From: an uncultured Elusimicrobia bacterium
Lineage (GTDB): Bacteria > Elusimicrobiota > Elusimicrobia > JACQPE01
Length of the DNA: 64,000 nt
Assembly (NCBI GenBank): GCA_964357255.1
Contig: CAYHKQ010000001.1
Span: 5,018 to 69,017 of the forward strand
Reading direction: 5' to 3'
How positions within the stretch are numbered: position 1 is the first letter of the stretch; the number at the start of each line of letters is the position of its first letter. A program made the position numbers and the translations under genes. A model generated the notes under the pieces. That model was given only the letters and a program-made list of their open reading frames with translations. It was not told the DNA's origin and ran no database searches. Shown here piece after piece: positions 46,427 through 55,499 of the stretch.

Positions 46427-47968
46427 TTAAGGGGCCTGGTTGGTGAAACGAACGCTGACCTCGTTTCCTTCGACGGCGAGCGAACCGGGTATATCCGCGT
46501 CCAATTTAAATCCATTCTCTTCAATTTTAAGATTTTGGAATGCCCAGGAGCCGTCCGTTAAGACGAGGGGCTTGCCGTCTAGAAAAATGGTCCCGTCACC
46601 CACGAGGTTGGTTTCGGGGTTTGACATGTTGCGAAGGAGAATGATCCGCCCTGAGGCGCTTAAAGCATAGCCTGGGCCGCCGATTTCAAAGTCGCCGCCT
46701 TTGATGAGCCAGCCTTCCGGCAGGTCATCATATAACTCGCTTTTAGAAATATTGAAGCCGGAAACCTTCTTGGGCATGAGCCGCAAACGGCGTCCCGGGG
46801 CGTTCTTAAATTCATTCATGGCCTCATCCCGCGAGGTTGTGTAAGTTTGGATTTTTTGTTGGGCCTCGGCTAGCAATATGTCGTATTGATATTGGCTCTT
46901 GGCAAGGTTCAAGCGATTTTGGGATTCGATCTCGCTCAAAGGCCAAGCTACGCTAAGCGCCTGCCAGGGGTTTTGCCCTTGTTGGATTTTTTTTCTCCAT
47001 TGCCCGGCGACAAGGCCGTCGAGCAGATAGCATTGCGCGGCGCCGGTTATGTAATAGCGCCATTTTTTCATCATGTTGAAGTGCAGTTCCTTTTGAAGTT
47101 CCATTGACAATTTTGTCCGTGGATTTTGATAAAAGGCGGTTTCAAGGGCCTCTAGTTCAACAAATCGCGCCGTGCCTTCATTGCGCTCCTGCCACGCTTC
47201 GGCATTTTGAGCTTCTTGGGATAGCCGTTGATACCGGGCCTGGCGGATGGCGATGAAATTTTTTGTTTTTTCAAGGCGTTGCGGCCACGCGGTCGCGCCG
47301 AGCGCATCGGCCAGGGTTCGCTGTTCTAATGCGGCCAAGGCAAGATTAACTTCATCCAGCACAGGATAATTTTGGTTGCCGCCGCTCGATGATTTCCAGG
47401 AATCTTGGAAGCCGTGGAATCGTTCATGGACTACGGTTGCAAATGTTTCATCGGCGCCGGCGCCTGATTCAACGCGATAGAGAAAAGCGCTCTGGCCGTT
47501 AATCTGATAGTCAAAATCCATGTAAGGGGCATTGGAAATGCCGCCGTTGAGAATATAAACGGGGACGCGCGGGGCGCTTGGCGCCGGGTAGCGCAGGTAG
47601 CCGTCTGGAGGATCGGCCATGGCGATTAAGATGGCCGTTTCCCCGGGCGTATTAAGAAGAATTGGTTTGTCAAAAACTTTGTAGCCCGGCCATAGGGCTT
47701 CTATTTTAGCCGCGCTTGTCGCCAGTTTAGAAACTAACGATTGAAAGGAAGGTGAAAGCAGTGGGGGCCGAGAAGCCGGGCCGGATATTTTGATCTGTCC
47801 AAGATTCAGCGGCCCGATCAGGACAGGCTGGGCCGAGCGGCCATGAAAGACTTGCTGAATTCTCGTATGAACGCCGCCGGGGTCTTGGCCCCAGAGGGGC
47901 AAGGCGGCTAAAGCAAATAAGGTCAATGAGGCGAAAAAGGCAAGGCCAATCGCTCGCTTCAATAGCAT
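46427..47968 (-). CDS. Hypothetical secreted protein with an HERFH (HExxH) motif
   Basis: Signal peptide MLLKRAIGLAFFASLTLFALAALPLWGQ; TFATVVHERFHGFQDSW; 513 aa. Confidence 0.35.
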   Translation of the reverse strand: MLLKRAIGLAFFASLTLFALAALPLWGQDPGGVHTRIQQVFHGRSAQPVLIGPLNLGQIKISGPASRPPLLSPSFQSLVSKLATSAAKIEALWPGYKVFDKPILLNTPGETAILIAMADPPDGYLRYPAPSAPRVPVYILNGGISNAPYMDFDYQINGQSAFLYRVESGAGADETFATVVHERFHGFQDSWKSSSGGNQNYPVLDEVNLALAALEQRTLADALGATAWPQRLEKTKNFIAIRQARYQRLSQEAQNAEAWQERNEGTARFVELEALETAFYQNPRTKLSMELQKELHFNMMKKWRYYITGAAQCYLLDGLVAGQWRKKIQQGQNPWQALSVAWPLSEIESQNRLNLAKSQYQYDILLAEAQQKIQTYTTSRDEAMNEFKNAPGRRLRLMPKKVSGFNISKSELYDDLPEGWLIKGGDFEIGGPGYALSASGRIILLRNMSNPETNLVGDGTIFLDGKPLVLTDGSWAFQNLKIEENGFKLDADIPGSLAVEGNEVSVRFTNQAP

Positions 47969-48207
47969 AGGTCAATTTTGTCATGAGATTCAATCTCAAG
48001 CCAGGGCCTAAAGTCCCAAATTCTTCCGGGACTCTGGGCCGCTAAATTTACCCCGAAAGTCCCTGGTTGGCCTGTTGGAAATGGGAAATCGGGAAATCGG
48101 GGGGCAGTGTGCCAAGAAAACTTATCAGGACTAGAAGGATGCAATGTCCTTTCCAGCCAAAGCCTTGAAGATATACCTATTTAGGTATATACTTATAAGG
48201 GTATATA

Positions 48208-48570
48208 ATGGCGCTCAAAATAAAGTACTACCCCCATGGTGACTCTGGTGAAGTTCGTGAGTATCTGGAGGCATTGCGGCAGGATGGCCAGAGAAAGAAG
48301 GCGGCGGTCAAACTGGATATCGATCTGCAGACGCTTGAGGAGTTTTGGCCTAAAACCATGAATGTGACAGTCAGAACTCTCAAAGGGCGGGAACCCTTGA
48401 AGGAGATTAAAAGACGCTTTGACAAGATCGCTTACCGGATTTTTATTTGCATCAAGAAGAGCGAGCTTTGGCTTCTTTCGGCCTATGAAAAGGAATCGGA
48501 TGATACGCCTAGAAATGAGCTCGAAAAAGCTTATAAGCGAATGAAGGAAATTTTGGAGGCGAAACCATGA
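48208..48570 (+). CDS. Type II toxin, Gp49/COG4679 (HigB/RelE-like) family
   Basis: 120 aa; KIAYRIFICIKKSELWLLSAYEKESDDTPRNELEKAYKRMKE (phage-derived Gp49-like killer motif). 4-nt overlap with a downstream XRE gene. Confidence 0.6.
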   Translation: MALKIKYYPHGDSGEVREYLEALRQDGQRKKAAVKLDIDLQTLEEFWPKTMNVTVRTLKGREPLKEIKRRFDKIAYRIFICIKKSELWLLSAYEKESDDTPRNELEKAYKRMKEILEAKP

Positions 48571-48914
48571 AAAGAAAAAAACAGGAAATTCAATTCGACC
48601 AAGATGTGCGCAAAGCCATTGAATCTGACCCTGAATATGCAACAGAATATTTTGAGGAGCTTATGCAACGTCCTCTTCCCGTGCAATTTGCGCTTTTGCG
48701 TAAGTTTCTAGGCATGACCCAGGAACAACTGGCCAGAGCCTTGGGGCTTAAACAAACCCACATCTCTAGGCTTGAAAATGTGGATTCTGACCATCTTTTG
48801 AGCCTTTATAAGAGGGCTGCCGAAAAGATGGGATCTCGTTTGGCCATTGTCCCAGAGAATATGACTCTGGTCCCTAGAGATTATCTCCAGAAGTTCCATT
48901 CAGCGCATCTTTAA
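48567..48914 (+). CDS. XRE-family HTH antitoxin (HigA-like)
   Basis: HTH LRKFLGMTQEQLARALGLKQTHISRLENVD. Translationally coupled to the toxin. Confidence 0.6.
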   Translation: MKRKKQEIQFDQDVRKAIESDPEYATEYFEELMQRPLPVQFALLRKFLGMTQEQLARALGLKQTHISRLENVDSDHLLSLYKRAAEKMGSRLAIVPENMTLVPRDYLQKFHSAHL

Positions 48915-48920
48915 GAAATC

Positions 48921-49030
48921 GTAACTGATCCGTGATTCCGCAGTTGGCTTGTCACCACCGCGAAGGCGGGGCCCAGACTCCGACGAGACCCGGATTCCCG
49001 CTTTCGCGGGAATGAGTGTGCCAAGAGGGT
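48921..49030 (-). repeat. Degenerate, inverted copy D of the MITE-like repeat
   Basis: Begins gtaactgatcc and contains ccaccgcgaaggcgggg and cccgctttcgcgggaatg. These are reverse complements of the two hairpin modules of copies A and C, in swapped order. The far end has decayed. Confidence 0.4.
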
Positions 49031-49066
49031 TGAGAAGGGGGCAAGTTTCCATTTTCCTGTTATTGT

Positions 49067-49504
49067 CTAAGGCGTATTGCAGGAAACCTCTACGTCATAA
49101 CAAGTAGTGCACGAAGCAAGTTCGGAAGACTTTTTGGTTTCAAAAGCCGATGGCTTCGATGACGATAGGGGCGAAATTTTGCACTCACGAGAGCTTGGCC
49201 AATTCCCGCTCCCCGTGCATTGCTTGAAACATTTCTTGGCAAGATCACTATCGGGATTAGCTTGTTGGAAAGCTTTGCGCTTAAGCAAACATATTTTATC
49301 AATCTCCTCCTGATTGGTAAAGTTGCTTCTGATATTCTGTGTTCTGGAGTTGTCTATTTTTTCTTGCATGGACTGGCTTTTTTGTAGCGATAATTTTTTA
49401 TCCGGCAGTTTTTTTTCTTCGGCGCGCAGACCCGTCGCCAGGCAACCTCCGACGGCAAGGACAAGCGCGCACGTTAGCGCTTTTGATTCTTTTGTTATTA
49501 GCAT
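49067..49504 (-). CDS. Small Cys-rich putative lipoprotein
   Basis: Signal with LAVGGC lipobox-like cysteine; 9 Cys in a 145-aa, Lys/Ser-rich protein. Confidence 0.35.
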   Translation of the reverse strand: MLITKESKALTCALVLAVGGCLATGLRAEEKKLPDKKLSLQKSQSMQEKIDNSRTQNIRSNFTNQEEIDKICLLKRKAFQQANPDSDLAKKCFKQCTGSGNWPSSRECKISPLSSSKPSAFETKKSSELASCTTCYDVEVSCNTP

Positions 49505-49599
49505 ATTGCCTCCTATATTGTCGAATTATCACTATAAAGATTTTAAGGCAGGTCAGGAGACAAGTCAATAGCCAATTTTTTTGGCGGGAGTTAAAGTTT

Positions 49600-50595
49600 T
49601 TATGGAACGCTGATCGTTTCGAGGATTTCGTGGATGATGTCTTCGCTCGTGATGTTTTCGGCTTCGGCTTCGTAGCTTAGAAGCACGCGGTGGCGCAGGA
49701 CGTCAAAGGCGATAAGGCGGATGTCCTCAGGCGTGACATAACCCCTGCCTTCGAGAAAGGCGGAGGCTTTGGACGCCTGGGCCAGATAGAGCGTGGCCCG
49801 GGGACTCGCGCCGTAGGCGATCAAGGATTTGAGTTTTTCAAGTTTGTGGTCCTGTGGGAACCTGGTGGCGAAGATGATTTCTATGATGTAGTCCTTGAGT
49901 TTGGGGTCGAGGTAAATTTGGCTCAACGTTGCGCGGGCTTGTAAAATTTCTTCGGTCTTAAGGAGCGGATGGGGTTCGCGCCGGCCGTTTTGCCCTGCGT
50001 AGAGGTCTAAAATTTCAAGCTCGGATTTTTTTGAGGGATAGGTGACTTTTAGTTTTACCAAGAATCGGTCCACCTGGGCCTCGGGAAGAGGGTAGGTGCC
50101 TTCCTGTTCAATCGGATTTTGCGTGGCCAGGACTAAGAAGGGTTCCGTTAATTTGAAGGTTTCATCCCCAATCGTGATTTGTCGCTCTTGCATCGCTTCC
50201 AGAAGGGCTGATTGGGTTTTGGCCGGCGCGCGATTGATTTCGTCAGCCAGAACGAAATTGGAGAAAATCGGGCCTTTTTTGACGATAAAGGTTCCGTCTT
50301 TGGGATGAAAAATCGGGGTTCCCACGATGTCGCCCGGCAGAAGATCGGGCGTAAATTGAATCCGGGAGTAATCCGCCTGGATGAGTCGGGCAAGGGTTTT
50401 CATCGCGAGCGTTTTGCCCAGGCCAGGCACGCCTTCTAAGAGGATATGCCCGTTTGCCAAGAGGGCCAGAATGGCTTTGTGAACTAAATCTTCCTGCCCG
50501 ATGATGAATTTTTCAAGCTCCCGCCGGAGTTCTTGAAATGGCAGGGCCTGTTGACGGATGATCTCAGAGATTTGCTTTAGACTTAATGTTTCCAT
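49600..50595 (-). CDS. MoxR-family AAA+ ATPase
   Basis: Walker A GVPGLGKT, Walker B VLADEINRA, sensor motifs; 331 aa. Confidence 0.9.
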   Translation of the reverse strand: METLSLKQISEIIRQQALPFQELRRELEKFIIGQEDLVHKAILALLANGHILLEGVPGLGKTLAMKTLARLIQADYSRIQFTPDLLPGDIVGTPIFHPKDGTFIVKKGPIFSNFVLADEINRAPAKTQSALLEAMQERQITIGDETFKLTEPFLVLATQNPIEQEGTYPLPEAQVDRFLVKLKVTYPSKKSELEILDLYAGQNGRREPHPLLKTEEILQARATLSQIYLDPKLKDYIIEIIFATRFPQDHKLEKLKSLIAYGASPRATLYLAQASKASAFLEGRGYVTPEDIRLIAFDVLRHRVLLSYEAEAENITSEDIIHEILETISVP

Positions 50596-51431
50596 AAAAA
50601 TGGTTTCACCTCGTATTGAATTTTTCCTTTTTCGGGCCAGGCTTTCAAGAGCCGATGCATGGCCATGACCCGCCAGCCTGGATCCGGGCTGAATTTTTCC
50701 GAGCCCACGACTAGGCGGCGGCCTTCATTCTCAAGCCGCAGGGCCATGCGGTTGTAGGGCTGATCTCTCAGGCATAAGGACTTGCGCTCAACGAGCATTA
50801 GCGAGTGGCATAAGGCCCAGAGATTCCGGCCGTCGGAGATCGCGGCGTTTAAGCCCGTGTAGGGAAATTTCCAATTATTTTTTTTGGATTTGGGCAGGGA
50901 TCGCCACAATTGCCAGATTTCTCGCACCGTTTCAACCAGCGCTTCCGGGATTTTTTTGGTTTTGTCATACCACTTGCACAGAATCCAAAAGTAGATTTCG
51001 CTGTCGTTTTTTCCCTCAAGTTTGCGACGATACGCTCCCAGGAGCTGATCGCGCGCCGCGGCCGCGATGTTGAGAGTTCCGTTATGGGCGAAGGCCAGAC
51101 GGCCAAAGCCGAAAGGCTGGTTATGCTCGCGCGCGATTAAATCTTTGCGGGGAAGTTTCAGGGGGTTTGAGGCGGCGCGAATATGGGCGATGACGATGCG
51201 CGAGGAGCTCTTAGCGGCCTGTTCGATGAACAGGGGGCTTTCTCGGTAAGCGGGGTTGGGGCTTTTGAAAATGTGAAAACCGCCCGGGGCGAGCGTTGCG
51301 ACGCCCCATCCGTCCTTTTGAAGAAAATTTTTTTTTGCCTTGCTCTGCGCCAGCAATGAAGCGCGGGATTTAACGAGATATTCCGAGGGATTGTGGGGCG
51401 TTACGCTGAGTTGAGCAAAAATTCTGCACAT
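50583..51431 (-). CDS. Class II (Ntn) glutamine amidotransferase domain protein (YafJ-like)
   Basis: N-terminal nucleophile MCRIFAQLS; the GATase2 fold; 282 aa. Confidence 0.65.
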   Translation of the reverse strand: MCRIFAQLSVTPHNPSEYLVKSRASLLAQSKAKKNFLQKDGWGVATLAPGGFHIFKSPNPAYRESPLFIEQAAKSSSRIVIAHIRAASNPLKLPRKDLIAREHNQPFGFGRLAFAHNGTLNIAAAARDQLLGAYRRKLEGKNDSEIYFWILCKWYDKTKKIPEALVETVREIWQLWRSLPKSKKNNWKFPYTGLNAAISDGRNLWALCHSLMLVERKSLCLRDQPYNRMALRLENEGRRLVVGSEKFSPDPGWRVMAMHRLLKAWPEKGKIQYEVKPFLWKH

Positions 51432-51478
51432 AAGGATGTCCCCATTATTTTATGTTTTTGATAAAATATATTTTTAAG

Positions 51479-51630
51479 GCAACTATTCAGGCGCGGCGCT
51501 CCCCTTGCCGTCATTCCCGCGAAAGCGGGCCGTTCGCAGGGCTCGCGGCACCTTGGGGCGCCGGAGGCGCTGATCGGGAATCCAGGCCCAGACCCCCGCC
51601 TTCGCGGGGGCGACGAACCTGAGCAGTTAC
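51479..51630 (+). mobile_element. MITE-like repeat, copy C (152 bp)
   Basis: gcaactattcagg ... cctgagcagttac. Direct repeat atatttttaag abuts both ends. Same two hairpins as copy A. Ends 22 bp upstream of the aspA-like start codon. Confidence 0.7.
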
Positions 51631-51652
51631 ATATTTTTAAGTTAAATTTCCG

Positions 51653-53053
51653 GTGTGGTCAATGGAGAATCGTAAAGAAAAAGATTCGCTAGGCGAACGC
51701 GAGGTTCCTAATTCCGCTTATTGGGGCATTCAAACCCTTCGAGCGCAGGAAAATTTTTCTATCAGCGGACGGCGCGCTGGCGCTGTTTTTGTGCGGGCCT
51801 ATGTTTTAATTAAAAAGGCCTGCGCCTTGGCCAATAGGGATTTGGGCGCCCTGGGCATGGACCGGGCCGAAGCGATTATGGCCGCGGCCAATGAAGCGCT
51901 CGAAGGCAAACATCTCGATCAATTTGTCATTGACATTTATCAGGCCGGCGCCGGCACATCGTTTAACATGAACGTCAACGAGGTGTTGGCTAATCGGGCA
52001 TTGGAAATCATGGGCAGGAAAAAGGGCGAGTATGAGGCCCTTTCCCCCAATGAACATGTCAATTGCGGGCAATCCAGCAACGACACTTTTCCAACGGCGA
52101 GTCATTTGGCGGTTCTTTTGGAGTTTCCCCGGCTCTCAAAGGCCATTGAAACTCTTGTAAAGGCTTATGCCGCCAAGGGCAGGGAGTTTGCCGATGTTCT
52201 TAAATCCGCGCGCACGCACCTACGGGACGCCGTGCCGATTACATTGGGTCAGGAGTTTGGGGCTTACGCGGTGGCGATCGAGGAGTGTCACACGCAAATG
52301 GCCGGGGCGAGCGACTTGTTACGCTACGTTGCCCTGGGGGGCACGGCGGCCGGCACCGGAATGAACGCGGCCAAGGGTTTTCGCCAGGCCGCGATCAGTT
52401 CCTTGGCTAATCTTTCGGGCGTCAATCTCTATGCGGCCCGGGACGCGAGGTACGCCCTTCAGAGCCATTTTCCGCTGTTGGCCTTTTCCGGCGCGATGCG
52501 GAACTTTGCTTTGGAGTTGATTCGTCTTGCCAACGATCTTCGGCTCTTGGCCTCCGGGCCTTTGACGGGATTGGGCGAAATTACGCTTCCAGCCGTTCAG
52601 CCGGGCTCTTCGATGATGCCCGGCAAGGTTAATCCTTCTATGGCCGAGGCGCTTAATCAAATCGCTTTTGACGTGGTGGGCGCGGATGCTACGACTGCGC
52701 TCGCGTCCCAAGCCGGGCAGTTGGATCTTAATGTCATGACGCCTATTTCTATTTTTCGGATTTTAGATTCCATGAGTATTCTTGGCAACTTTTTACCTGT
52801 GTTCGCTAAAAAATGCGTTGAAGGGATTACCGTGGACCGCGAGCGTTGCCGTTATTATTTCGGCATTAGCCCTTCGTTGGCTACGGCGCTGACTCCAAAG
52901 ATCGGTTATTTAAAATCCGCTGAAATTTTTAAGGAGTGCGTTGAAAGCAAGACGCCGGTCCCAGATTTGGCGCGGCAAAAGAATCTGATCAGCGAAGAAG
53001 AGATGAATCGTCTTTTTGATCCCAAGGCGCTCACGGGTGAGGCGGACGCGTAA
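51653..53053 (+). CDS. aspA: Aspartate ammonia-lyase / class II fumarase-family lyase
   Basis: The fumarate-lyase signature GSSMMPGKVNPSMAE, and QAGAGTSFNMNVNEVLANRA. The QxGAGTS and NEHVN contexts are closer to aspartase than to FumC. Confidence 0.75.
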   Translation: MWSMENRKEKDSLGEREVPNSAYWGIQTLRAQENFSISGRRAGAVFVRAYVLIKKACALANRDLGALGMDRAEAIMAAANEALEGKHLDQFVIDIYQAGAGTSFNMNVNEVLANRALEIMGRKKGEYEALSPNEHVNCGQSSNDTFPTASHLAVLLEFPRLSKAIETLVKAYAAKGREFADVLKSARTHLRDAVPITLGQEFGAYAVAIEECHTQMAGASDLLRYVALGGTAAGTGMNAAKGFRQAAISSLANLSGVNLYAARDARYALQSHFPLLAFSGAMRNFALELIRLANDLRLLASGPLTGLGEITLPAVQPGSSMMPGKVNPSMAEALNQIAFDVVGADATTALASQAGQLDLNVMTPISIFRILDSMSILGNFLPVFAKKCVEGITVDRERCRYYFGISPSLATALTPKIGYLKSAEIFKECVESKTPVPDLARQKNLISEEEMNRLFDPKALTGEADA

Positions 53054-53055
53054 CC

Positions 53056-53913
53056 ATGGAACATCCATCGGTCATCGGCAGGGTTCGCTCGGCGCCTGCC
53101 CAGCTGTACTACAACAACCTGAAATTTTTTGGTTCCTATGTCACAATACCGGTTAGCGCCGGGGTTTTGGCCGACCTGGTGCTTCGAGGCCGTATTATGG
53201 CCGGTCCGGTGGCCGCTGGTGATTTGACCCGTTTGCTTCAGGAAGGATGCGAAGAACTGGCTGATTTTGGAATTTTTATTAATCCGTACAAGGCTTACGC
53301 CGAACTGCCGGATGAGTCCGCGCAGGCGGCCATCAATCATGCCCCTTATGTGATGCTGACCCGCCGTCCTATTGAAGAGCACGGGCGGCTTAAAGTCGGC
53401 ATCTCTGAAGAAATCTTGAGCTTGGCGCCCGAGGCCGCGGTGTTGGCTAAACTGCTGTTGTCGTTTTATTGGGAGATGGACCACGAAATTAGCTCCGAGC
53501 TTAGCCTGGAGGATGATGTTTGGGTGTGCCAGGGCGGGCCGTATCTTGGCTCGCGGTCCAGGCAGTTTTTTGGATTTTCCTACGCCTACGATTTGGCGTG
53601 GGAATGGTATCGTTGGAAACGCGCCCCCTTTTGTCTTTACCGTTGGGTTTGCCAGCCGGGTTTAGAGCGTGATCAAAAAGATGAATTGATCAGCGTGATC
53701 CGGCGCACCTTGGAGCTGAATTTGCGTAACTTGAGCCAAATGGCGGCTCAAGAGGCGTCTTTAAAGGGTCTCGAACGCGGTGAAGTCCTGGACTATTTGC
53801 AATGCTTCGGGTTTCGCCTGGATCTCTGGAGAGAGTCCGCGCAAAATGCGCTCTGCAATTTAGTGTCCATGCTCAAAGAGTCGGAGATTTTTTCTCTGAG
53901 CCCCAGAGCCTAG
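53056..53913 (+). CDS. MqnA/MqnD-family (periplasmic-binding-protein-like) protein, possible chorismate dehydratase
   Basis: IGRVRSAPAQLYYNNL...LVLRGRIMAGPVAAGDL parallels the MqnA pattern IGxIxxLNxxPLYxGL...LxxGxLDxGPV. Confidence 0.4.
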   Translation: MEHPSVIGRVRSAPAQLYYNNLKFFGSYVTIPVSAGVLADLVLRGRIMAGPVAAGDLTRLLQEGCEELADFGIFINPYKAYAELPDESAQAAINHAPYVMLTRRPIEEHGRLKVGISEEILSLAPEAAVLAKLLLSFYWEMDHEISSELSLEDDVWVCQGGPYLGSRSRQFFGFSYAYDLAWEWYRWKRAPFCLYRWVCQPGLERDQKDELISVIRRTLELNLRNLSQMAAQEASLKGLERGEVLDYLQCFGFRLDLWRESAQNALCNLVSMLKESEIFSLSPRA

Positions 53914-53980
53914 CGTGAGTTTACTGCGGTTGCGTAATTCCGGGGACACCCCACTTAATTCATATGTTCTAAAATCCTCC

Positions 53981-54090
53981 ATGGCCCGCATTGCCAGAAT
54001 CGTTGCTCCGCATATCCCCCACCATGTCACGCAAAGAGGAAACCGAAGGCAGAATACTTTCTTTTGCGACGATGATTACCAACTGCGTTT
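53981..54090 (+). pseudogene. Truncated RAYT/IS200-like (HUH Y1) transposase, N-terminal ~37 codons only
   Basis: MARIARIVAPHIPHHVTQRGNRRQNTFFCDDDYQ matches the RAYT/TnpA-IS200 N-terminus (G..YHVTxRGNRRQxIF.DDxD). The frame then runs into tandem repeats. Confidence 0.55.
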
Positions 54091-54094
54091 TTCG

Positions 54095-54215
54095 GTCCAA
54101 AGTGGCCACCCTTTTCGGCGGCATGACGGCCACCTATTTCGGAACATGACGGCCACCCTTTTCGGCCGGAAGACGGCCACTTTCTAGATCCTTCCGAAAG
54201 GGTGGCCATCATGCC
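54095..54215. repeat. Tandem ~23-bp iterons (4 direct plus 1 inverted copy), putative IS21-family multiple terminal repeats
   Basis: gtggccacccttttcggcgg / gacggccacctatttcggaa / gacggccacccttttcggcc / gacggccactttctagatcc, then inverted ccgaaagggtggccatcatg. Located 85-200 bp upstream of the istA start. Confidence 0.6.
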
Positions 54216-54300
54216 CGAAACACCCCCGCAGCGAACGGCGTTGGTTTAACCACAATTCGCCGTAGAATCCTTGCAATGTTTCCAGCATCAAGGAGGTTCT

Positions 54301-54960
54301 ATGGCACAAGAGAGGTTAACCATGCGCACAACAAAGGAGGTTTGCAGGCTTAAGTTTGCCTGCTACCTGAGCAACCGCCAAATTGCCAAGAGTCTTGGCA
54401 TTGGCCGTACAACAGTCGCGGATTATCTGGGGCGCGCTCAAGCCGCGGGCCTGGCGGATTGGCCGGCGATTGAAACCATTGGTGAAGAGGAACTCGAACA
54501 AAAACTCTTTTCTCTGCCACTGGACAACCCATCGGCCTCATCAAAGCCCCTGCCCGATTACGCCAGGGTCCATGAGGAGCTTCGCAATTCCCATGTTACC
54601 CTGACGCTTCTGTGGCAAGAGCACAAGGAGCAGCATCCCGATAGCCACGGCTACACCCAGTTCGCTCATTACTACAGCGAGTACAAGAAAAAGCTGGGCC
54701 TGGTGATGCGCCAAGAGCATAAGGCCGGGGAGAAAGTCTTCGTGGATTACTGTGATGGCCTCGGGATCATTGATCCCGATACAGGAGAGATTGTCCCAAC
54801 CCAGCTCTTTGTGGGAGTCTGGGGAGCGTCGAACTACACCTACGCCGAGGCCTCCCGAAGCCAGGACCTGGCCTGCTGGACCATGAGCCATGTGCGGGCC
54901 TTTGAATACTTCAACCGCGTTCCGGTAAGCTTGCAACGTCCCAACCTCCGGAAGCCATAA
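54301..54960 (+). mobile_element. istA: IS21-family transposase IstA, N-terminal fragment (truncated; no istB follows)
   Basis: AAGGAGG SD; HTH RQIAKSLGIGRTTVADYL; IS21 IstA-like N-terminal body ending prematurely at ~220 aa. Confidence 0.65.
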
Positions 54961-55006
54961 TTATATATGGCTATTTTGCCATATTCCTGGTATACTAATC
55001 TTAGTC

Positions 55007-55291
55007 ATGTTGCATTTTGAGTGGGACAGCAGGAAGGATCGGAAAAATCAACTAAAACACGGGGTATCCTTCAAGACTGCCCAGTACGCATTCTCCGATC
55101 CCGAACGCGTCATCGCCGAAGACTTGGAGCATAGCGAGAAAGAGAAACGTTTCTATTGTTTCGGCCGAGTTGAGGAAGAAATATTGACCGTTCGTTTCAC
55201 GTTTAGAAAAGAGCGGATTCGGATTTTTGGAGCTGGATACTGGAGAAAAGGAAGGGTTGTTTATGAAAAAGAAAATAAAATACACGGATGA
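55007..55291 (+). CDS. brnT: BrnT toxin (RelE-fold ribonuclease)
   Basis: MLHFEWDSRKDRKNQLKHGVSFKTAQYAFSDP...RFYCFGRVEEEILTVRFTFRKERIRIFGAGYWRKG is the BrnT/DUF497 family signature. Confidence 0.75.
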   Translation: MLHFEWDSRKDRKNQLKHGVSFKTAQYAFSDPERVIAEDLEHSEKEKRFYCFGRVEEEILTVRFTFRKERIRIFGAGYWRKGRVVYEKENKIHG

Positions 55292-55499
55292 GCCGCTCGG
55301 AAAACTTCGGATAATCAAGGATTTTTTGCCTCCTCCGGAAGAGCTGGCTTTCAAAGAGAAGGGCGTTAAGGTGACGATGACGCTCAGCAAATCGAGCGTC
55401 GAATTCTTCAAAAAGGCCGCTGAAAAGTACCACGCTCCATATCAGCAGATGCTTCGCAAATTGATCGATGCCTACACGGCTCACCATTTCTTGCCCTAA
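55263..55499 (+). CDS. brnA: BrnA antitoxin
   Basis: MKKKIKYTDEPLGKLRIIKDFLPPPEELAFKEKGVKVTMTLSKSSVEFFKKAAEKYHAPYQQMLRKLIDAY is the BrnA family pattern. Overlaps brnT by 29 nt. Confidence 0.75.
   Translation: MKKKIKYTDEPLGKLRIIKDFLPPPEELAFKEKGVKVTMTLSKSSVEFFKKAAEKYHAPYQQMLRKLIDAYTAHHFLP

Noticed and set aside
54095-54215. Possible CRISPR array (short direct repeats near mobile genes)
   Set aside because: The 23-bp units abut each other with no unique spacers of regular length. One unit is inverted. No cas genes are nearby. This fits transposon-end or iteron repeats, not CRISPR.
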